Below, one piece after another: positions 6,525 to 21,819 of a stretch of DNA of 41,798 bases (within the stretch, counting starts at the first letter, position 1; every line of letters starts with the position of its first letter). The DNA is taken from NCBI GenBank assembly GCA_032718475.1, contig JAUCBJ010002122.1, forward strand, positions 1 to 41,798, read 5' to 3'. A model generated the notes under the pieces. The model saw only the letters and a program-made list of their open reading frames with translations. It was not told the origin of the DNA and searched no databases. This DNA comes from Nemertoderma westbladi. Lineage: Eukaryota > Animalia > Xenacoelomorpha. Position numbers and translations under genes: made by a program.

Positions 6525-9500
6525 GGAGTACTGGTTCTAACTGCTGTATGATGGAATCCACATAGGAAGGAGTACTGGTTCTAACTGCTGTATGATGGTC
6601 TCCATATAGGAGTACTGTTTCTAACTGCTGTATGATGGACTCCATATAGGAGTACTGGTTCTAACTGCTGTATGATGGACTCCATATAGGAGTACTGGTT
6701 CTAACTGCTGTATGATGGACTCCATATAGGAGTACTGGTTCTAACTGCTGTATGATGGAATCCATATAGGAAGGAGTACTGGTTCTAACTGCTGTATGAT
6801 GGACTCCATATAGGAGTACTGGTTCTAACTTCTGATCGATGGACTCCATATAGGAGTACTGGTTCTAACTGCTATATGATGGACTCCATATAGGAGTACT
6901 GGTTTTAACTGCTGTATGATGGACTCCATATAGGAGTACTGGTTCTAACTGCTGTATGATGGAATCCATATAGGAAGGAGTACTGGTTCTAACTGCTGTA
7001 TGATGGACTCCATATAGGAGTACTGGTTCTAACTGCTGTATGATGGAATCCATACAGGAAGGAGTACTGGTTCTAACTGCTGTATGATGGACTCCATATA
7101 GGAGTACTGGTTCTAACTTATGATTGATGGACTGACTCCATATAGGAGTACTGGTTCTAACTTCTGATTGCGGAGTACTGGTTCTAACAGCTGTATGATG
7201 GACTCCATATAGGAAGGAGTACTGGTTCTAACTGCTGTATGATGGACTCCATATAGGAGTACTGGTTCTAACTTATGATTGATGGACTGACTCCATTTAG
7301 GAGTACTGGTTCTAACTTCTGATTGATGCTCCATATAGGAGTACTGGTTCTAACTGCTGTATGATGGTCTCCATATAGGAGTACTGGTTCTAACAGCTGT
7401 ATGATGGACTCCATATAGGAGTACTGGTTCTAACTGATGTATGATGGACTCCATATAGGAGTACTGGTTCTAACTGCTGTATGATGGACTCCATATCGGA
7501 GTACTGGTTCTAACTGCTGTATGATGGACTCCATATAGGAGTACTGGTTCTAACAGCTGTATGATGGACTCCATATAGGAGTACTGGTTCTAACTGCTGT
7601 ATGATGGACTCCATATAGGAGTACTGGTTCTAACTGCTGTATGATGGACTCCATATCGGAGTACTGGTTCTAACTGCTGTATGATGGACTCCATATAGTA
7701 CTGGTTCTAACTGCTGTATGATGGACTCCATATAGGAGTACTGATTCTAACTGCTGTATGATGGACTCCATATAGGAGTTCTAACTGCTGTATGATGGAC
7801 TCCATATAGGAGTACTGGTTCTAACTTTTGTATGATGGACTCCATATAGGAGTACTGATTCTAACTGCTGTATGATGGACTCCATATAGGAGTACTGGTT
7901 CTAACTTCTGATTGATGGACTCCATATAGGAGTACTGGTTCTAACTTCTGATTGATGGACTCCATAAAGGAGTACTGGTTCTAACTGCTGATTGCGGAGT
8001 ACTGGTTCTAATTACTGTATGATGGACTCCATAAAGGAGTACTGGTTCTAACTTCTGATTGATAGACTCCATATAGGAGTACTGGTTCTAACTGCTACTG
8101 GAGTACTGGTTCTAACTTTTGATTGATGCTCCATATAGGAGTACTGGTTCCAACTGCTGTATGATGGTCTCCATATAGGAGTACTGGTTCTAACAGCTGT
8201 ATGATGGACTCCATATAGGAAGGAGTACTGGTTCTAACTGCTGTATGATGGACTCCATATAGGAGTACTGGTTCTAACTTATGATTGATGGACTGACTCC
8301 ATATAAGAGTACTGGTTCTAACTTCTGATTGATGCTCCATATAGGAGTACTGGTTCTAACTGCTGTATGATGGACTCCATATAGGAGTACTGGTTCTAAC
8401 TGCTGATTGATGAACTCCATATAGGAGTACTGATTCTAACTGCTGTATGATGGACTCCATATAGGAGTTCTAACTGCTGTATGATGGACTCCATATAGGA
8501 GTTCTAACTGCTGATTGATGAACTCCATATAGGAGTACTGATTCTAACTGCTGTATGATGGACTCCATATAGGAGTACTGGTTCTAACTGCTGCATGATG
8601 GACTCCATATAGGAGTACTGGTTCTAACTTATGATTGAAGGACTCCATAAAGGAGTACTGGTTCTAACTTCTGATTGATGGACTCCATATAGGAGTACTG
8701 GTTCTAACTGCTGTATGATGGTCTCCATATAGGAGTACTGTTTCTAACTGCTGTATGATGGACTCCATATAGGAGTACTGGTTCTAACTGCTGTATGATG
8801 GACTCCATATAGGAGTACTGGTTCTAACTGCTGTATGATGGAATCCACATAGGAAGGAGTACTGGTTCTAACTGCTGTATGATGGTCTCCATATAGGAGT
8901 ACTGTTTCTAACTGCTGTATGATGGACTCCATATAGGAGTACTGGTTCTAACTGCTGTATGATGGACTCCATATAGGAGTACTGGTTCTAACTGCTGTAT
9001 GATGGACTCCATATAGGAGTACTGGTTCTAACTGCTGTATGATGGAATCCATATAGGAAGGAGTACTGGTTCTAACTGCTGTATGATGGACTCCATATAG
9101 GAGTACTGGTTCTAACTTCTGATCGATGGACTCCATATAGGAGTACTGGTTCTAACTGCTATATGATGGACTCCATATAGGAGTACTGGTTTTAACTGCT
9201 GTATGATGGACTCCATATAGGAGTACTGGTTCTAACTGCTGTATGATGGAATCCATATAGGAAGGAGTACTGGTTCTAACTGCTGTATGATGGACTCCAT
9301 ATAGGAGTACTGGTTCTAACTGCTGTATGATGGAATCCATACAGGAAGGAGTACTGGTTCTAACTGCTGTATGATGGACTCCATATAGGAGTACTGGTTC
9401 TAACTTATGATTGATGGACTGACTCCATATAGGAGTACTGGTTCTAACTTCTGATTGCGGAGTACTGGTTCTAACAGCTGTATGATGGACTCCATATAGG

Positions 9501-10647
9501 AAGGAGTACTGGTTCTAACTGCTGTATGATGGACTCCATATAGGAGTACTGGTTCTAACTTATGATTGATGGACTGACTCCATTTAGGAGTACTGGTTCT
9601 AACTTCTGATTGATGCTCCATATAGGAGTACTGGTTCTAACTGCTGTATGATGGTCTCCATATAGGAGTACTGGTTCTAACAGCTGTATGATGGACTCCA
9701 TATAGGAGTACTGGTTCTAACTGCTGTATGATGGACTCCATATAGGAGTACTGGTTCTAACTGCTGTATGATGGACTCCATATCGGAGTACTGGTTCTAA
9801 CTGCTGTATGATGGACTCCATATAGGAGTACTGGTTCTAACAGCTGTATGATGGACTCCATATAGGAGTACTGGTTCTAACTGCTGTATGATGGACTCCA
9901 TATAGGAGTACTGGTTCTAACTGCTGTATGATGGACTCCATATCGGAGTACTGGTTCTAACTGCTGTATGATGGACTCCATATAGTACTGGTTCTAACTG
10001 CTGTATGATGGACTCCATATAGGAGTACTGATTCTAACTGCTGTATGATGGACTCCATATAGGAGTTCTAACTGCTGTATGATGGACTCCATATAGGAGT
10101 ACTGGTTCTAACTTTTGTATGATGGACTCCATATAGGAGTACTGATTCTAACTGCTGTATGATGGACTCCATATAGGAGTACTGGTTCTAACTTCTGATT
10201 GATGGACTCCATATAGGAGTACTGGTTCTAACTTCTGATTGATGGACTCCATAAAGGAGTACTGGTTCTAACTGCTGATTGCGGAGTACTGGTTCTAATT
10301 ACTGTATGATGGACTCCATAAAGGAGTACTGGTTCTAACTTCTGATTGATAGACTCCATATAGGAGTACTGGTTCTAACTGCTACTGGAGTACTGGTTCT
10401 AACTTTTGATTGATGCTCCATATAGGAGTACTGGTTCCAACTGCTGTATGATGGTCTCCATATAGGAGTACTGGTTCTAACAGCTGTATGATGGACTCCA
10501 TATAGGAAGGAGTACTGGTTCTAACTGCTGTATGATGGACTCCATATAGGAGTACTGGTTCTAACTTATGATTGATGGACTGACTCCATATAAGAGTACT
10601 GGTTCTAACTTCTGATTGATGCTCCATATAGGAGTACTGGTTCTAAC
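6525..10647. repeat. Higher-order duplication, offset 2287 bp (6525-8360 matches 8812-10647)
   Basis: The same variant order recurs at +2287 (ORF track 6661/8948, 6865/9152, 7113/9400, 8095/10382). Both copies carry CATACAGG and AACTTTTGATTGATGCT. Confidence 0.9.
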
Positions 10648-13600
10648 AGCTGTATGATGGACTCCATATCGGAGTACTGGTTCTAACTGCTGTATGATGG
10701 ACTCCATATAGGAGTACTGGTTCTAACAGCTGTATGATGGACTCCATATAGGAGTACTGGTTCTAACTGCTGTATGATGGACTCCATATAGGAGTACTGG
10801 TTCTAACTGCTGTATGATGGACTCCATATCGGAGTACTGGTTCTAACTGCTGTATGATGGACTCCATATAGTACTGGTTCTAACTGCTGTATGATGGACT
10901 CCATATAGGAGTACTGATTCTAACTGCTGTATGATGGACTCCATATAGGAGTTCTAACTGCTGTATGATGGACTCCATATAGGAGTACTGGTTCTAACTT
11001 TTGTATGATGGACTCCATATAGGAGTACTGATTCTAACTGCTGTATGATGGACTCCATATAGGAGTACTGGTTCTAACTTCTGATTGATGGACTCCATAT
11101 AGGAGTACTGGTTCTAACTTCTGATTGATGGACTCCATAAAGGAGTACTGGTTCTAACTGCTGATTGCGGAGTACTGGTTCTAATTACTGTATGATGGAC
11201 TCCATAAAGGAGTACTGGTTCTAACTTCTGATTGATAGACTCCATATAGGAGTACTGGTTCTAACTGCTACTGGAGTACTGGTTCTAACTTCTGATTGAT
11301 GCTCCATATAGGAGTACTGGTTCCAACTGCTGTATGATGGTCTCCATATAGGAGTACTGGTTCTAACAGCTGTATGATGGACTCCATATAGGAAGGAGTA
11401 CTGGTTCTAACTGCTGTATGATGGACTCCATATAGGAGTACTGGTTCTAACTTATGATTGATGGACTGACTCCATATAGGAGTACTGGTTCTAACTTCTG
11501 ATTGATGCTCCATATAGGAGTACTGGTTCTAACTGCTGTATGATGGTCTCCATATAGGAGTACCGGTTCTAACAGCTGTATGATGGACTCCATATAGGAG
11601 TACTGGTTCTAACTGCTGATTGATGAACTCCATATAGGAGTACTGATTCTAACTGCTGTATGATGGACTCCATATAGGAGTACTGGTTCTAACTGCTGTA
11701 TGATGGACTCCATATAGGAGTACTGGTTCTAACTGCTGTATGATGGACTCCATATAGGAGTACTGGTTCTAACTGCTGATTGATGAACTCCATATAGGAG
11801 TACTGATTCTAACTGCTGTATGATGGACTCCATATAGGAGTTCTAACTGCTGTATGATGGACTCCATATAGGAGTTCTAACTGCTGATTGATGAACTCCA
11901 TATAGGAGTACTGATTCTAACTGCTGTATGATGGACTCCATATAGGAGTACTGGTTCTAACTGCTGTATGATGGACTCCATATAGGAGTACTGGTTCTAA
12001 CTGCTGCATGATGGACTCCATATAGGAGTACTGGTTCTAACTTATGATTGAAGGACTCCATAAAGGAGTACTGGTTCTAACTTCTGATTGATGGACTCCA
12101 TATAGGAGTACTGGTTCTAACTGCTGTATGATGGACTCCATATAGGAGTACTGGTTCTAACTTATGATTGAAGGACTCCATAAAGGAGTACTGGTTCTAA
12201 CTTCTGATTGATGGACTCCATATAGGAGTACTGGTTCTAACTGCTGTATGATGGTCTCCATATAGGAGTACTGTTTCTAACTGCTGTATGATGGACTCCA
12301 TATAGGAGTACTGGTTCTAACTGCTGTATGATGGACTCCATATAGGAGTACTGGTTCTAACTGCTGTATGATGGAATCCACATAGGAAGGAGTACTGGTT
12401 CTAACTGCTGTATGATGGTCTCCATATAGGAGTACTGTTTCTAACTGCTGTATGATGGACTCCATATAGGAGTACTGGTTCTAACTGCTGTATGATGGAA
12501 TCCATATAGGAAGGAGTACTGGTTCTAACTGCTGTATGATGGACTCCATATAGGAGTACTGGTTTTAACTGCTGTATGATGGACTCCATATAGGAGTACT
12601 GGTTCTAACTGCTGTATGATGGAATCCATATAGGAAGGAGTACTGGTTCTAACTGCTGTATGATGGACTCCATATAGGAGTACTGGTTCTAACTTATGAT
12701 TGATGGACTGACTCCATATAGGAGTACTGGTTCTAACTTCTGATTGCGGAGTACTGGTTCTAACAGCTGTATGATGGACTCCATATAGGAAGGAGTACTG
12801 GTTCTAACTGCTGTATGATGGACTCCATATAGGAGTACTGGTTCTAACTTCTGATCGATGGACTCCATATAGAAGTACTGGTTCTAACTGCTATATGATG
12901 GACTCCATATAGGAGTACTGGTTTTAACTGCTGTATGATGGACTCCATATAGGAGTACTGGTTCTAACTTCTGATCGATGGACTCCATATAGAAGTACTG
13001 GTTCTAACTGCTATATGATGGACTCCATATAGGAGTACTGGTTTTAACTGCTGTATGATGGACTCCATATAGGAGTACTGGTTCTAACTGCTGTATGATG
13101 GAATCCATATAGGAAGGAGTACTGGTTCTAACTGCTGTATGATGGACTCCATATAGGAGTACTGGTTCTAACTTATGATTGATGGACTGACTCCATATAG
13201 GAGTACTGGTTCTAACTTCTGATTGCGGAGTACTGGTTCTAACAGCTGTATGATGGACTCCATATAGGAAGGAGTACTGGTTCTAACTGCTGTATGATGG
13301 ACTCCATATAGGAGTACTGGTTCTAACTTATGATTGATGGACTGACTCCATATAGGAGTACTGGTTCTAACTTCTGATTGCGGAGTACTGGTTCTAACAG
13401 CTGTATGATGGACTCCATATAGGAAGGAGTACTGGTTCTAACTGCTGTATGATGGACTCCATATAGGAGTACTGGTTCTAACTTATGATTGATGGACTGA
13501 CTCCATTTAGGAGTACTGGTTCTAACTTCTGATTGATGCTCCATATAGGAGTACTGGTTCTAACTGCTGTATGATGGTCTCCATATAGGAGTACTGGTTC

Positions 13601-16600
13601 TAACAGCTGTATGATGGACTCCATATAGGAGTACTGGTTCTAACTGCTGTATGATGGACTCCATATAGGAGTACTGGTTCTAACTGCTGTATGATGGACT
13701 CCATATCGGAGTACTGGTTCTAACTGCTGTATGATTGACTCCATATAGGAGTACTGGTTCTAACAGCTGTATGATGGACTCCATATAGGAGTACTGGTTC
13801 TAACTGCTGTATGATGGACTCCATATAGGAGTACTGGTTCTAACTGCTGTATGATGGACTCCATATCGGAGTACTGGTTCTAACTGCTGTATGATGGACT
13901 CCATATAGTACTGGTTCTAACTGCTGTATGATGGACTCCATATAGGAGTACTGATTCTAACTGCTGTATGATGGACTCCATATAGGAGTTCTAACTGCTG
14001 TATGATGGACTCCATATAGGAGTACTGGTTCTAACTTTTGTATGATGGACTCCATATAGGAGTACTGATTCTAACTGCTGTATGATGGACTCCATATAGG
14101 AGTACTGGTTCTAACTTCTGATTGATGGACTCCATATAGGAGTACTGGTTCTAACTTCTGATTGATGGACTCCATAAAGGAGTACTGGTTCTAACTGCTG
14201 ATTGCGGAGTATTGGTTCTAATTACTGTATGATGGACTCCATAAAGGAGTACTGGTTCTAACTTCTGATTGATAGACTCCATATAGGAGTACTGGTTCTA
14301 ACTGCTACTGGAGTACTGGTTCTAACTTCTGATTGATGCTCCATATAGGAGTACTGGTTCCAACTGCTGTATGATGGTCTCCATATAGGAGTACTGGTTC
14401 TAACAGCTGTATGATGGACTCCATATAGGAAGGAGTACTGGTTCTAACTGCTGTATGATGGACTCCATATAGGAGTACTGGTTCTAACTTATGATTGATG
14501 GACTGACTCCATATAAGAGTACTGGTTCTAACTTCTGATTGATGCTCCATATAGGAGTACTGGTTCTAACTGCTGTATGATGGTCTCCATATAGGAGTAC
14601 TGGTTCTAACAGCTGTATGATGGACTCCATATAGGAGTACTGGTTCTAACTGCTGATTGATGAACTCCATATAGGAGTACTGATTCTAACTGCTGTATGA
14701 TGGACTCCATATAGGAGTACTGGTTCTAACTGCTGTATGATGGACTCCATATAGGAGTACTGGTTCTAACTGCTGTATGATGGACTCCATATAGGAGTAC
14801 TGGTTCTAACTGCTGATTGATGAACTCCATATAGGAGTACTGATTCTAACTGCTGTATGATGGACTCCATATAGGAGTTCTAACTGCTGTATGATGGACT
14901 CCATATAGGAGTTCTAACTGCTGATTGATGAACTCCATATAGGAGTACTGATTCTAACTGCTGTATGATGGAATCCATATAGGAGTACTGGTTCTAACTG
15001 CTGTATGATGGACTCCATATAGGAGTACTGGTTCTAACTGCTGCATGATGGACTCCATATAGGAGTACTGGTTCTAACTGCTGTATGATGGACTCCATAT
15101 AGGAGTACTGATTCTAACTGCTGTATGATGGACTCCATATAGGAGTTCTAACTGCTGTATGATGGACTCCATATAGGAGTACTGGTTCTAACTTTTGTAT
15201 GATGGACTTCATATAGGAGTACTGATTCTAACTGCTGTATGATGGACTCCATATAGGAGTACTGGTTCTAACTTCTGATTGATGGACTCCATATAGGAGT
15301 ACTGGTTCTAACTTCTGATTGATGGACTCCATATAGGAGTACTGGTTCTAACTGCTGTATGATGGACTCCATATAGGAGTACTGGTTCTAACTGCTGTAT
15401 GATGGACTCCATATAGGAGTACTGGTTCTAACTGCTGTATGATGGAATCCTTATAGGAGTACTGGTTCCTGGTTCTATCTGCTGATTGATGCTCCATATA
15501 GGAGTACTGGTTCTAACTGCTGTATGATGGTCTCCATATAGGAGTACTGGTTCTAACTGCTGTATGATGGAATCCATATAGGAAGGAGTACTGGTTCTAA
15601 CTGCTGTATGATGGACTCCATATAGGAGTACTGGTTCTAACTTATGATTGATGACGGACTCCATATAGGAGTACTGGTTCTAAATTCTGATTGATGGACT
15701 CCATATAGGAGTACTGGTTCTAACTGCTGTATGATGGTCTCCATATAGGAGTACTGGTTCTAACTGCTGTATGATGGACTCCATATAGGAGTACTGGTTC
15801 TAACTGCTGTATGATGGAATCCATATAGGAAGGAGTACTGGTTCTAACTGCTGTATGATGGTCTCCATATAGGAGTACTGGTTCTAACTGCTGTATGATG
15901 GACTCCATATAGGAGTACTGGTTCTAACTGCTGTATGATGGAATCCATATAGGAAGGAGTACTGGTTCTAACTGCTGTATGATGGACTCCATATAGGAGT
16001 ACTGGTTCTAACTGCTGTATGATGGACTCCATATAGGAGTACTGGTTCTAACTGCTGTATGATGGACTCCATATAGGAGTACTGGTTCTAACTTCTGATT
16101 GATGGACTCCATATAGGAGTACTGGTTCTAACTGCTGTATGATGGACTCCATATAGGAGTACTGGTTCTAACTGCTGTATGATGGACTCCATATAGGAGT
16201 ACTGGTTCTAACTTCTGATCGATGGACTCCATATAGGAGTACTAGTTCTAACTGCTGTATGACGGACTCCATATAGGAGTACTGGTTCTAACTGCTGTAT
16301 GATGGACTCCATATAGGAGTACTGGTTCTAACTGCTGTATGATGGAATCCATATAGGAAGGAGTACTGGTTCTAACTGCTGTATGATGGACTCCATATAG
16401 GAGTACTGGTTCTAACTTATGATTGATGGACTGACTCCATATAGGAGTACTGGTTCTAACTTCTGATTGCGGAGTACTGGTTCTAACTGCTGTATGATGG
16501 ACTCCATATAGGAGTACTGGTTCTAACTTCTGATCGATGGACTCCATATAGGAGTACTGGTTCTAACTGCTATAATATGATGGACTCCATATAGGAGTAC

Positions 16601-19600
16601 TTGTTTTAACTGCTGTATGATGGACTCCATATAGGAGTACTGGTTCTAACTGCTGTATGATGGAATCCATATAGGAAGGAGTACTGGTTCTAACTGCTGT
16701 ATGATGGACTCCATATAGGAGTACTGGTTCTAACTTATGATTGATGGACTGACTCCATATAGGAGTACTGGTTCTAACTTCTGATTGCGGAGTACTGGTT
16801 CTAACTGCTGTATGATGGACTCCATATAGGAGTACTGGTTCTAACTTCTGATCGATGGACTCCATATAGGAGTACTGGTTCTAACTGCTATATGATGGAC
16901 TCCATATAGGAGTACTGGTTTTAACTGCTGTATGATGGACTCCATATAGGAGTACTGGTTCTAACTGCTGTATGATGGACTCCATATAGGAAGGAGTACT
17001 GGTTCTAACTGCTGTATGATGGACTCCATATAGGAGTACTGGTTCTAACTTATGATTGATGGACTGACTCCATTTAGGAGTACTGGTTCTAACTTCTGAT
17101 TGATGCTCCATATAGGAGTACTGGTTCTAACTGCTGTATGATGGACTCCATATAGGAGTACTGGTTCTAACTGCTGTATGATGGACTCCATATAGGAGTA
17201 CTGGTTCTAACTGCTGTATGATGGACTCCATATAGGAGTACTGGTTCTAACTTCTGATTGATGGACTCCATATAGGAGTACTGGTTCTAACTGATGTATG
17301 ATGGACTCCATATAGGAGTACTGGTTCTAACTGCTGTATGATGGACTCCATATAGGAGTACTGGTTCTAACTTCTGATCGATGGACTCCATATAGGAGTA
17401 CTGGTTCTAACTGCTGTATGACGGACTCCATATAGGAGTACTGGTTTTAACTGCTGTATGATGGACTCCATATAGGAGTACTGGTTCTAACTGCTGTATG
17501 ATGGAATCCATATAGGAAGGAGTACTGGTTCTAACTGCTGTATGATGGACTCCATATAGGAGTACTGGTTCTAACTTATGATTGATGGACTGCCTCCATA
17601 TAGGAGTACTGGTTCTAACTTCTGATTGCGGAGTACTGGTTCTAACTGCTGTATGATGGACTCCATATAGGAGTACTGGTTCTAACTTCTGATCGATGGA
17701 CTCCATATAGGAGTACTGGTTCTAACTGCTATATGATGGACTCCATATAGGAGTACTGGTTTTAACTGCTGTATGATGGACTCCATATAGGAGTACTGGT
17801 TCTAACTGCTGTATGATGGAATCCATATAGGAAGGAGTACTGGTTCTAACTGCTGTATGATGGACTCCATATAGGAGTACTGGTTCTAACTTATGATTGA
17901 TGGACTGACTCCATTTAGGAGTACTGGTTCTAACTTCTGATTGATGCTCCATATAGGAGTACTGGTTCTAACTGCTGTATGATGGTCTCCATATAGGAGT
18001 ACTGGTTCTAACAGCTGTATGATGGACTCCATATAGGAGTACTGGTTCTAACTGCTGTATGATGGACTCCATATAGGAGTACTGGTTCTAACTGCTGTAT
18101 GATGGACTCCATATCGGAGTACTGGTTCTAACTGCTGTATGATGGACTCCATATAGGAGTACTGGTTCTAACAGCTGTATGATGGACTCCATATAGGAGT
18201 ACTGGTTCTAACTGCTGTATGATGGACTCCATATAGGAGTACTGGTTCTAACTGCTGTATGATGGACTCCATATCGGAGTACTGGTTCTAACTGCTGTAT
18301 GATGGACTCCATATAGTACTGGTTCTAACTGCTGTATGATGGACTCCATATAGGAGTACTGATTCTAACTGCTGTATGATGGACTCCATATAGGAGTTCT
18401 AACTGCTGTATGATGGACTCCATATAGGAGTACTGGTTCTAACTTTTGTATGATGGACTCCATATAGGAGTACTGATTCTAACTGCTGTATGATGGACTC
18501 CATATAGGAGTACTGGTTCTAACTTCTGATTGATGGACTCCATATAGGAGTACTGGTTCTAACTTCTGATTGATGGACTCCATAAAGGAGTACTGGTTCT
18601 AACTGCTGATTGCGGAGTACTGGTTCTAATTACTGTATGATGGACTCCATAAAGGAGTACTGGTTCTAACTTCTGATTGATAGACTCCATATAGGAGTAC
18701 TGGTTCTAACTGCTACTGGAGTACTGGTTCTAACTTCTGATTGATGCTCCATATAGGAGTACTGGTTCCAACTGCTGTATGATGGTCTCCATATAGGAGT
18801 ACTGGTTCTAACAGCTGTATGATGGACTCCATATAGGAAGGAGTACTGGTTCTAACTGCTGTATGATGGACTCCATATAGGAGTACTGGTTCTAACTTAT
18901 GATTGATGGACTGACTCCATATAAGAGTACTGGTTCTAACTTCTGATTGATGCTCCATATAGGAGTACTGGTTCTAACTGCTGTATGATGGTCTCCATAT
19001 AGGAGTACTGGTTCTAACAGCTGTATGATGGACTCCATATAGGAGTACTGGTTCTAACTGCTGATTGATGAACTCCATATAGGAGTACTGATTCTAACTG
19101 CTGTATGATGGACTCCATATAGGAGTACTGGTTCTAACTGCTGTATGATGGACTCCATATAGGAGTACTGGTTCTAACTGCTGTATGATGGACTCCATAT
19201 AGGAGTACTGGTTCTAACTGCTGATTGATGAACTCCATATAGGAGTACTGATTCTAACTGCTGTATGATGGACTCCATATAGGAGTTCTAACTGCTGTAT
19301 GATGGACTCCATATAGGAGTTCTAACTGCTGATTGATGAACTCCATATAGGAGTACTGATTCTAACTGCTGTATGATGGACTCCATATAGGAGTACTGGT
19401 TCTAACTGCTGTATGATGGTCTCCATATAGGAGTACTGGTTCTAACAGCTGTATGATGGACTCCATATAGGAGTACTGGTTCTAACTGCTGATTGATGAA
19501 CTCCATATAGGAGTACTGATTCTAACTGCTGTATGATGGACTCCATATAGGAGTACTGGTTCTAACTGCTGTATGATGGACTCCATATAGGAGTACTGGT

Positions 19601-21819
19601 TCTAACTGCTGTATGATGGACTCCATATAGGAGTACTGGTTCTAACTGCTGATTGATGAACTCCATATAGGAGTACTGATTCTAACTGCTGTATGATGGA
19701 CTCCATATAGGAGTTCTAACTGCTGTATGATGGACTCCATATAGGAGTTCTAACTGCTGATTGATGAACTCCATATAGGAGTACTGATTCTAACTGCTGT
19801 ATGATGGACTCCATATAGGAGTACTGGTTCTAACTGCTGTATGATGGACTCCATATAGGAGTACTGGTTCTAACTGCTGCATGATGGACTCCATATAGGA
19901 GTACTGGTTCTAACTGCTGTATGATGGACTCCATATAGGAGTACTGATTCTAACTGCTGTATGATGGACTCCATATAGGAGTTCTAACTGCTGTATGATG
20001 GACTCCATATAGGAGTACTGGTTCTAACTTTTGTATGATGGACTTCATATAGGAGTACTGATTCTAACTGCTGTATGATGGACTCCATATAGGAGTACTG
20101 GTTCTAACTTCTGATTGATGGACTCCATATAGGAGTACTGGTTCTAACTTCTGATTGATGGACTCCATATAGGAGTACTGGTTCTAACTGCTGTATGATG
20201 GACTCCATATAGGCGTACTGGTTTTAACTGCTGTATGATGGACTCCATATAGGAGTACTGGTTCTAACTGCTGTATGATGGAATCCTTATAGGAGTACTG
20301 GTTCCTGGTTCTATCTGCTGATTGATGCTCCATATAGGAGTACTGGTTCTAACTGCTGTATGATGGTCTCCATATAGGAGTACTGGTTCTAACTGCTGTA
20401 TGATGGAATCCATATAGGAAGGAGTACTGGTTCTAACTGCTGTATGATGGACTCCATATAGGAGTACTGGTTCTAACTTATGATTAAAGGACTCCATAAA
20501 GGAGTACTGGTTCTAAATTCTGATTGATGGACTCCATATAGGAGTACTGGTTCTAACTGCTGTATGATGGTCTCCATATAGGAGTACTGGTTCTAACTGC
20601 TGTATGATGGACTCCATATAGGAGTACTGGTTCTAACTGCTGTATGATGGAATCCATATAGGAAGGAGTACTGGTTCTAACTGCTGTATGATGGTCTCCA
20701 TATAGGAGTACTGGTTCTAACTGCTGTATGATGGACTCCATATAGGAGTACTGGTTCTAACTGCTGTATGATGGAATCCATATAGGAAGGAGTACTGGTT
20801 CTAACTGCTGTATGATGGACTCCATATAGGAGTACTGGTTGTAACTGCTGTATGATGGACTCCATATAGGAGTACTGGTTCTAACTGCTGTATGATGGAC
20901 TCCATATAGGAGTACTGGTTCTAACTTCTGATTGATGGACTCCATATAGGAGTACTGGTTCTAACTGATGTATGATGGACTCCATATAGGAGTACTGGTT
21001 CTAACTGCTGTATGATGGACTCCATATAGGAGTACTGGTTCTAACTTCTGATCGATGGACTCCATATAGGAGTACTGGTTCTAACTGCTGTATGACGGAC
21101 TCCATATAGGAGTACTGGTTTTAACTGCTGTATGATGGACTCCATATAGGAGTACTGGTTCTAACTGCTGTATGATGGAATCCATATAGGAAGGAGTACT
21201 GGTTCTAACTGCTGTATGATGGACTCCATATAGGAGTACTGGTTCTAACTTATGATTGATGGACTGACTCCATATAGGAGTACTGGTTCTAACTTCTGAT
21301 TGCGGAGTACTGGTTCTAACTGCTGTATGATGGACTCCATATAGGAGTACTGGTTCTAACTTCTGATCGATGGACTCCATATAGGAGTACTGGTTCTAAC
21401 TGCTATATGATGGACTCCATATAGGAGTACTGGTTTTAACTGCTGTATGATGGACTCCATATAGGAGTACTGGTTCTAACTGCTGTATGATGGAATCCAT
21501 ATAGGAAGGAGTACTGGTTCTAACTGCTGTATGATGGACTCCATATAGGAGTACTGGTTCTAACTTATGATTGATGGACTGACTCCATATAGGAGTACTG
21601 GTTCTAACTTCTGATTGCGGAGTACTGGTTCTAACAGCTGTATGATGGACTCCATATAGGAAGGAGTACTGGTTCTAACTGCTGTATGATGGACTCCATA
21701 TAGGAGTACTGGTTCTAACTTATGATTGATGGACTGACTCCATTTAGGAGTACTGGTTCTAACTTCTGATTGATGCTCCATATAGGAGTACTGGTTCTAA
21801 CTGCTGTATGATGGTCTCC

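Noticed and set aside
6525-6564. tRNA- or SINE-derived monomer (GGTTCTAAC / GTTAGAACC resemble a Pol III B box)
   Set aside because: Both orientations mismatch conserved B-box positions, and there is no A box or cloverleaf.
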